From Styela clava (Eukaryota), in the NCBI RefSeq assembly GCF_964204865.1, contig NC_135251.1, positions 16,306,001 to 16,370,000 on the forward strand: a stretch of DNA of 64,000 nt, read 5' to 3'. Shown piece by piece: positions 62,892-64,000 of the stretch (positions are counted from its first letter, which is position 1; the number at the start of each line of letters is the position of its first letter). Position numbers and translations under genes: made by a program. The notes under the pieces are model-generated. The model was not told the DNA's origin and did not search any database. It saw nothing but the letters and a program-made list of their open reading frames with translations.

Positions 62892-63082
62892 TGCGCTCCT
62901 GAAGTATGTGTACCAATATGGAGTTAACTAATTTTGTTCGCCTTCTTTACATCAAGTTGTGTAAAGGGACTGAAACCTATGGGCAGGGGGTATTTTCATT
63001 TGGCTAACACAGACAGTCCCCGAACTAAAGAAAATCAGAATAAAATTATGGCCTAACCTGGTACACATACTAAGGGAGTACC
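62892..63082. mobile_element. Degenerate foldback MITE related to 15377-15613
   Basis: ctcctgaagtatgtgtacca ... tatggcctaacctggtacacatactaagggagtacc; flanks caattttt/caattttc. Confidence 0.7.
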
Positions 63083-63123
63083 CAATTTTCAGCATATTCA
63101 TATGGAATATATATATATAAAAC

Positions 63124-63267
63124 CAGTGGTGGGATTCATGAGGGCGCTCAAATATGTTCTAAGAATGGTGCGGTAATCAGCATACCCATTTTTTTTAAAC
63201 CTTATTCAATGTGTAATGTACGATACAAAAGCAGACCTCTACGTAAAAATTTTGAATCCCACAACTG
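63124..63267. mobile_element. Short hAT-like MITE
   Basis: TIR CAGTGGTGGGATTCA / TGAATCCCACAACTG; flanks tataaaac/tatataac. Confidence 0.65.
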
Positions 63268-63418
63268 TATATAACCTCTAAGTTAACTCAAAATTGTCCA
63301 TCTCAGTTTTCATGGCTGTGTCATCATTTTTGATCGCCATAGTTCAGACTGCAAAACTCATCGCACTAAATTATCATATGATTAAAACAAAATAACCTAA
63401 TGATGCTTTATCATGTTC

Positions 63419-63787
63419 TCAATTAACCGCAGGTATAGGCAAATTAATTTCCTCAGTCTGATTACTGATTTCATTCTTTTTTAAATCAGTTTCAGTCAAA
63501 TTCTTCTCGCTTATCATATTTTCTGCGGTCACTTTACTGAGTAACTGAATATCAGCGTCCGTGTCTCGTTCACACCCTTCTTCTTCTGTGGGTGGGGCAA
63601 CGCTTGTAGCTAGAGTGCCATAGTCAGGCATTGAGCTACCTAGAAGTTTTTCTCGGAATGGCCCATCAAGAGCAAAGTTGTAACAGAACTCTTGACATGA
63701 TTCAAGTACTCTTCTTGTTTCTCTTTGCATCCGAATTGCTAATTTCATTCTCTCTGACACTTCAGGATTTGAGAATATTTCTTCTTC
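63419..63787 (-). CDS. Last coding exon of an unidentified gene that continues beyond the window
   Basis: Acceptor gtttgtag at 63788-63795 (minus), then an open frame EEEIFSNPEVSERMKLAIRMQRETRRVLESCQEFCYNFALDGPF...IPAVN* with protein-like composition. Family not recognised. Confidence 0.7.
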   Translation of the reverse strand, partial: EEEIFSNPEVSERMKLAIRMQRETRRVLESCQEFCYNFALDGPFREKLLGSSMPDYGTLATSVAPPTEEEGCERDTDADIQLLSKVTAENMISEKNLTETDLKKNEISNQTEEINLPIPAVN

Positions 63788-64000
63788 CTACAAACGACAA
63801 TAGGCACATATTGACCAGTCATATGATAGAAAATGCACCTTGACAGAAAATTCTCACATTGATAACATACCTATGAACAAACAATCCATTCAATTAAGTG
63901 TGGTTCGCAACCAATGGCTCTAATCAATCAGATTTCCATTTTTTCCTAATCTATTGAGTCAAGGGTGTGCGACCAAATGCGACCCGCAATGCAAATTTTA

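Overview
AT-rich animal genomic DNA with short GT-AG introns and many MITEs and SINEs. It looks like an invertebrate chordate such as an ascidian, but that is inferred from architecture and not proven. Gene order: GOLGA4(+, CDS in one exon) > RAB3GAP2(+, 28 coding exons, hand-assembled to 1480 aa) >< IARS2(-, 15 exons, 991 aa) < RPP21(-, one exon) < KLHDC4(-, one exon) <> WASHC2/FAM21(+, one exon) > FKBP2(+, 5 exons) >< last exon of an unidentified gene(-). The most striking pattern: in all three co-oriented clusters every upstream gene has an intronless CDS, although its vertebrate orthologue is multi-exon, while the 3'-most gene is intron-rich. Every start codon has a splice-acceptor-like AG shortly upstream. 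A ~300 bp candidate bidirectional promoter at 50.4-50.7 kb, with a donor site on each strand, could feed five genes by SL trans-splicing (operons) or by a shared leader exon. Introns and spacers hold Buster-type hAT MITEs with intact nnnTAnnn 8-bp TSDs, foldback MITEs with TTAGGG-like motifs, a Helentron-type (HINE/DINE-1-like) element, two tRNA-derived SINE families and an RTE LINE 3' end.
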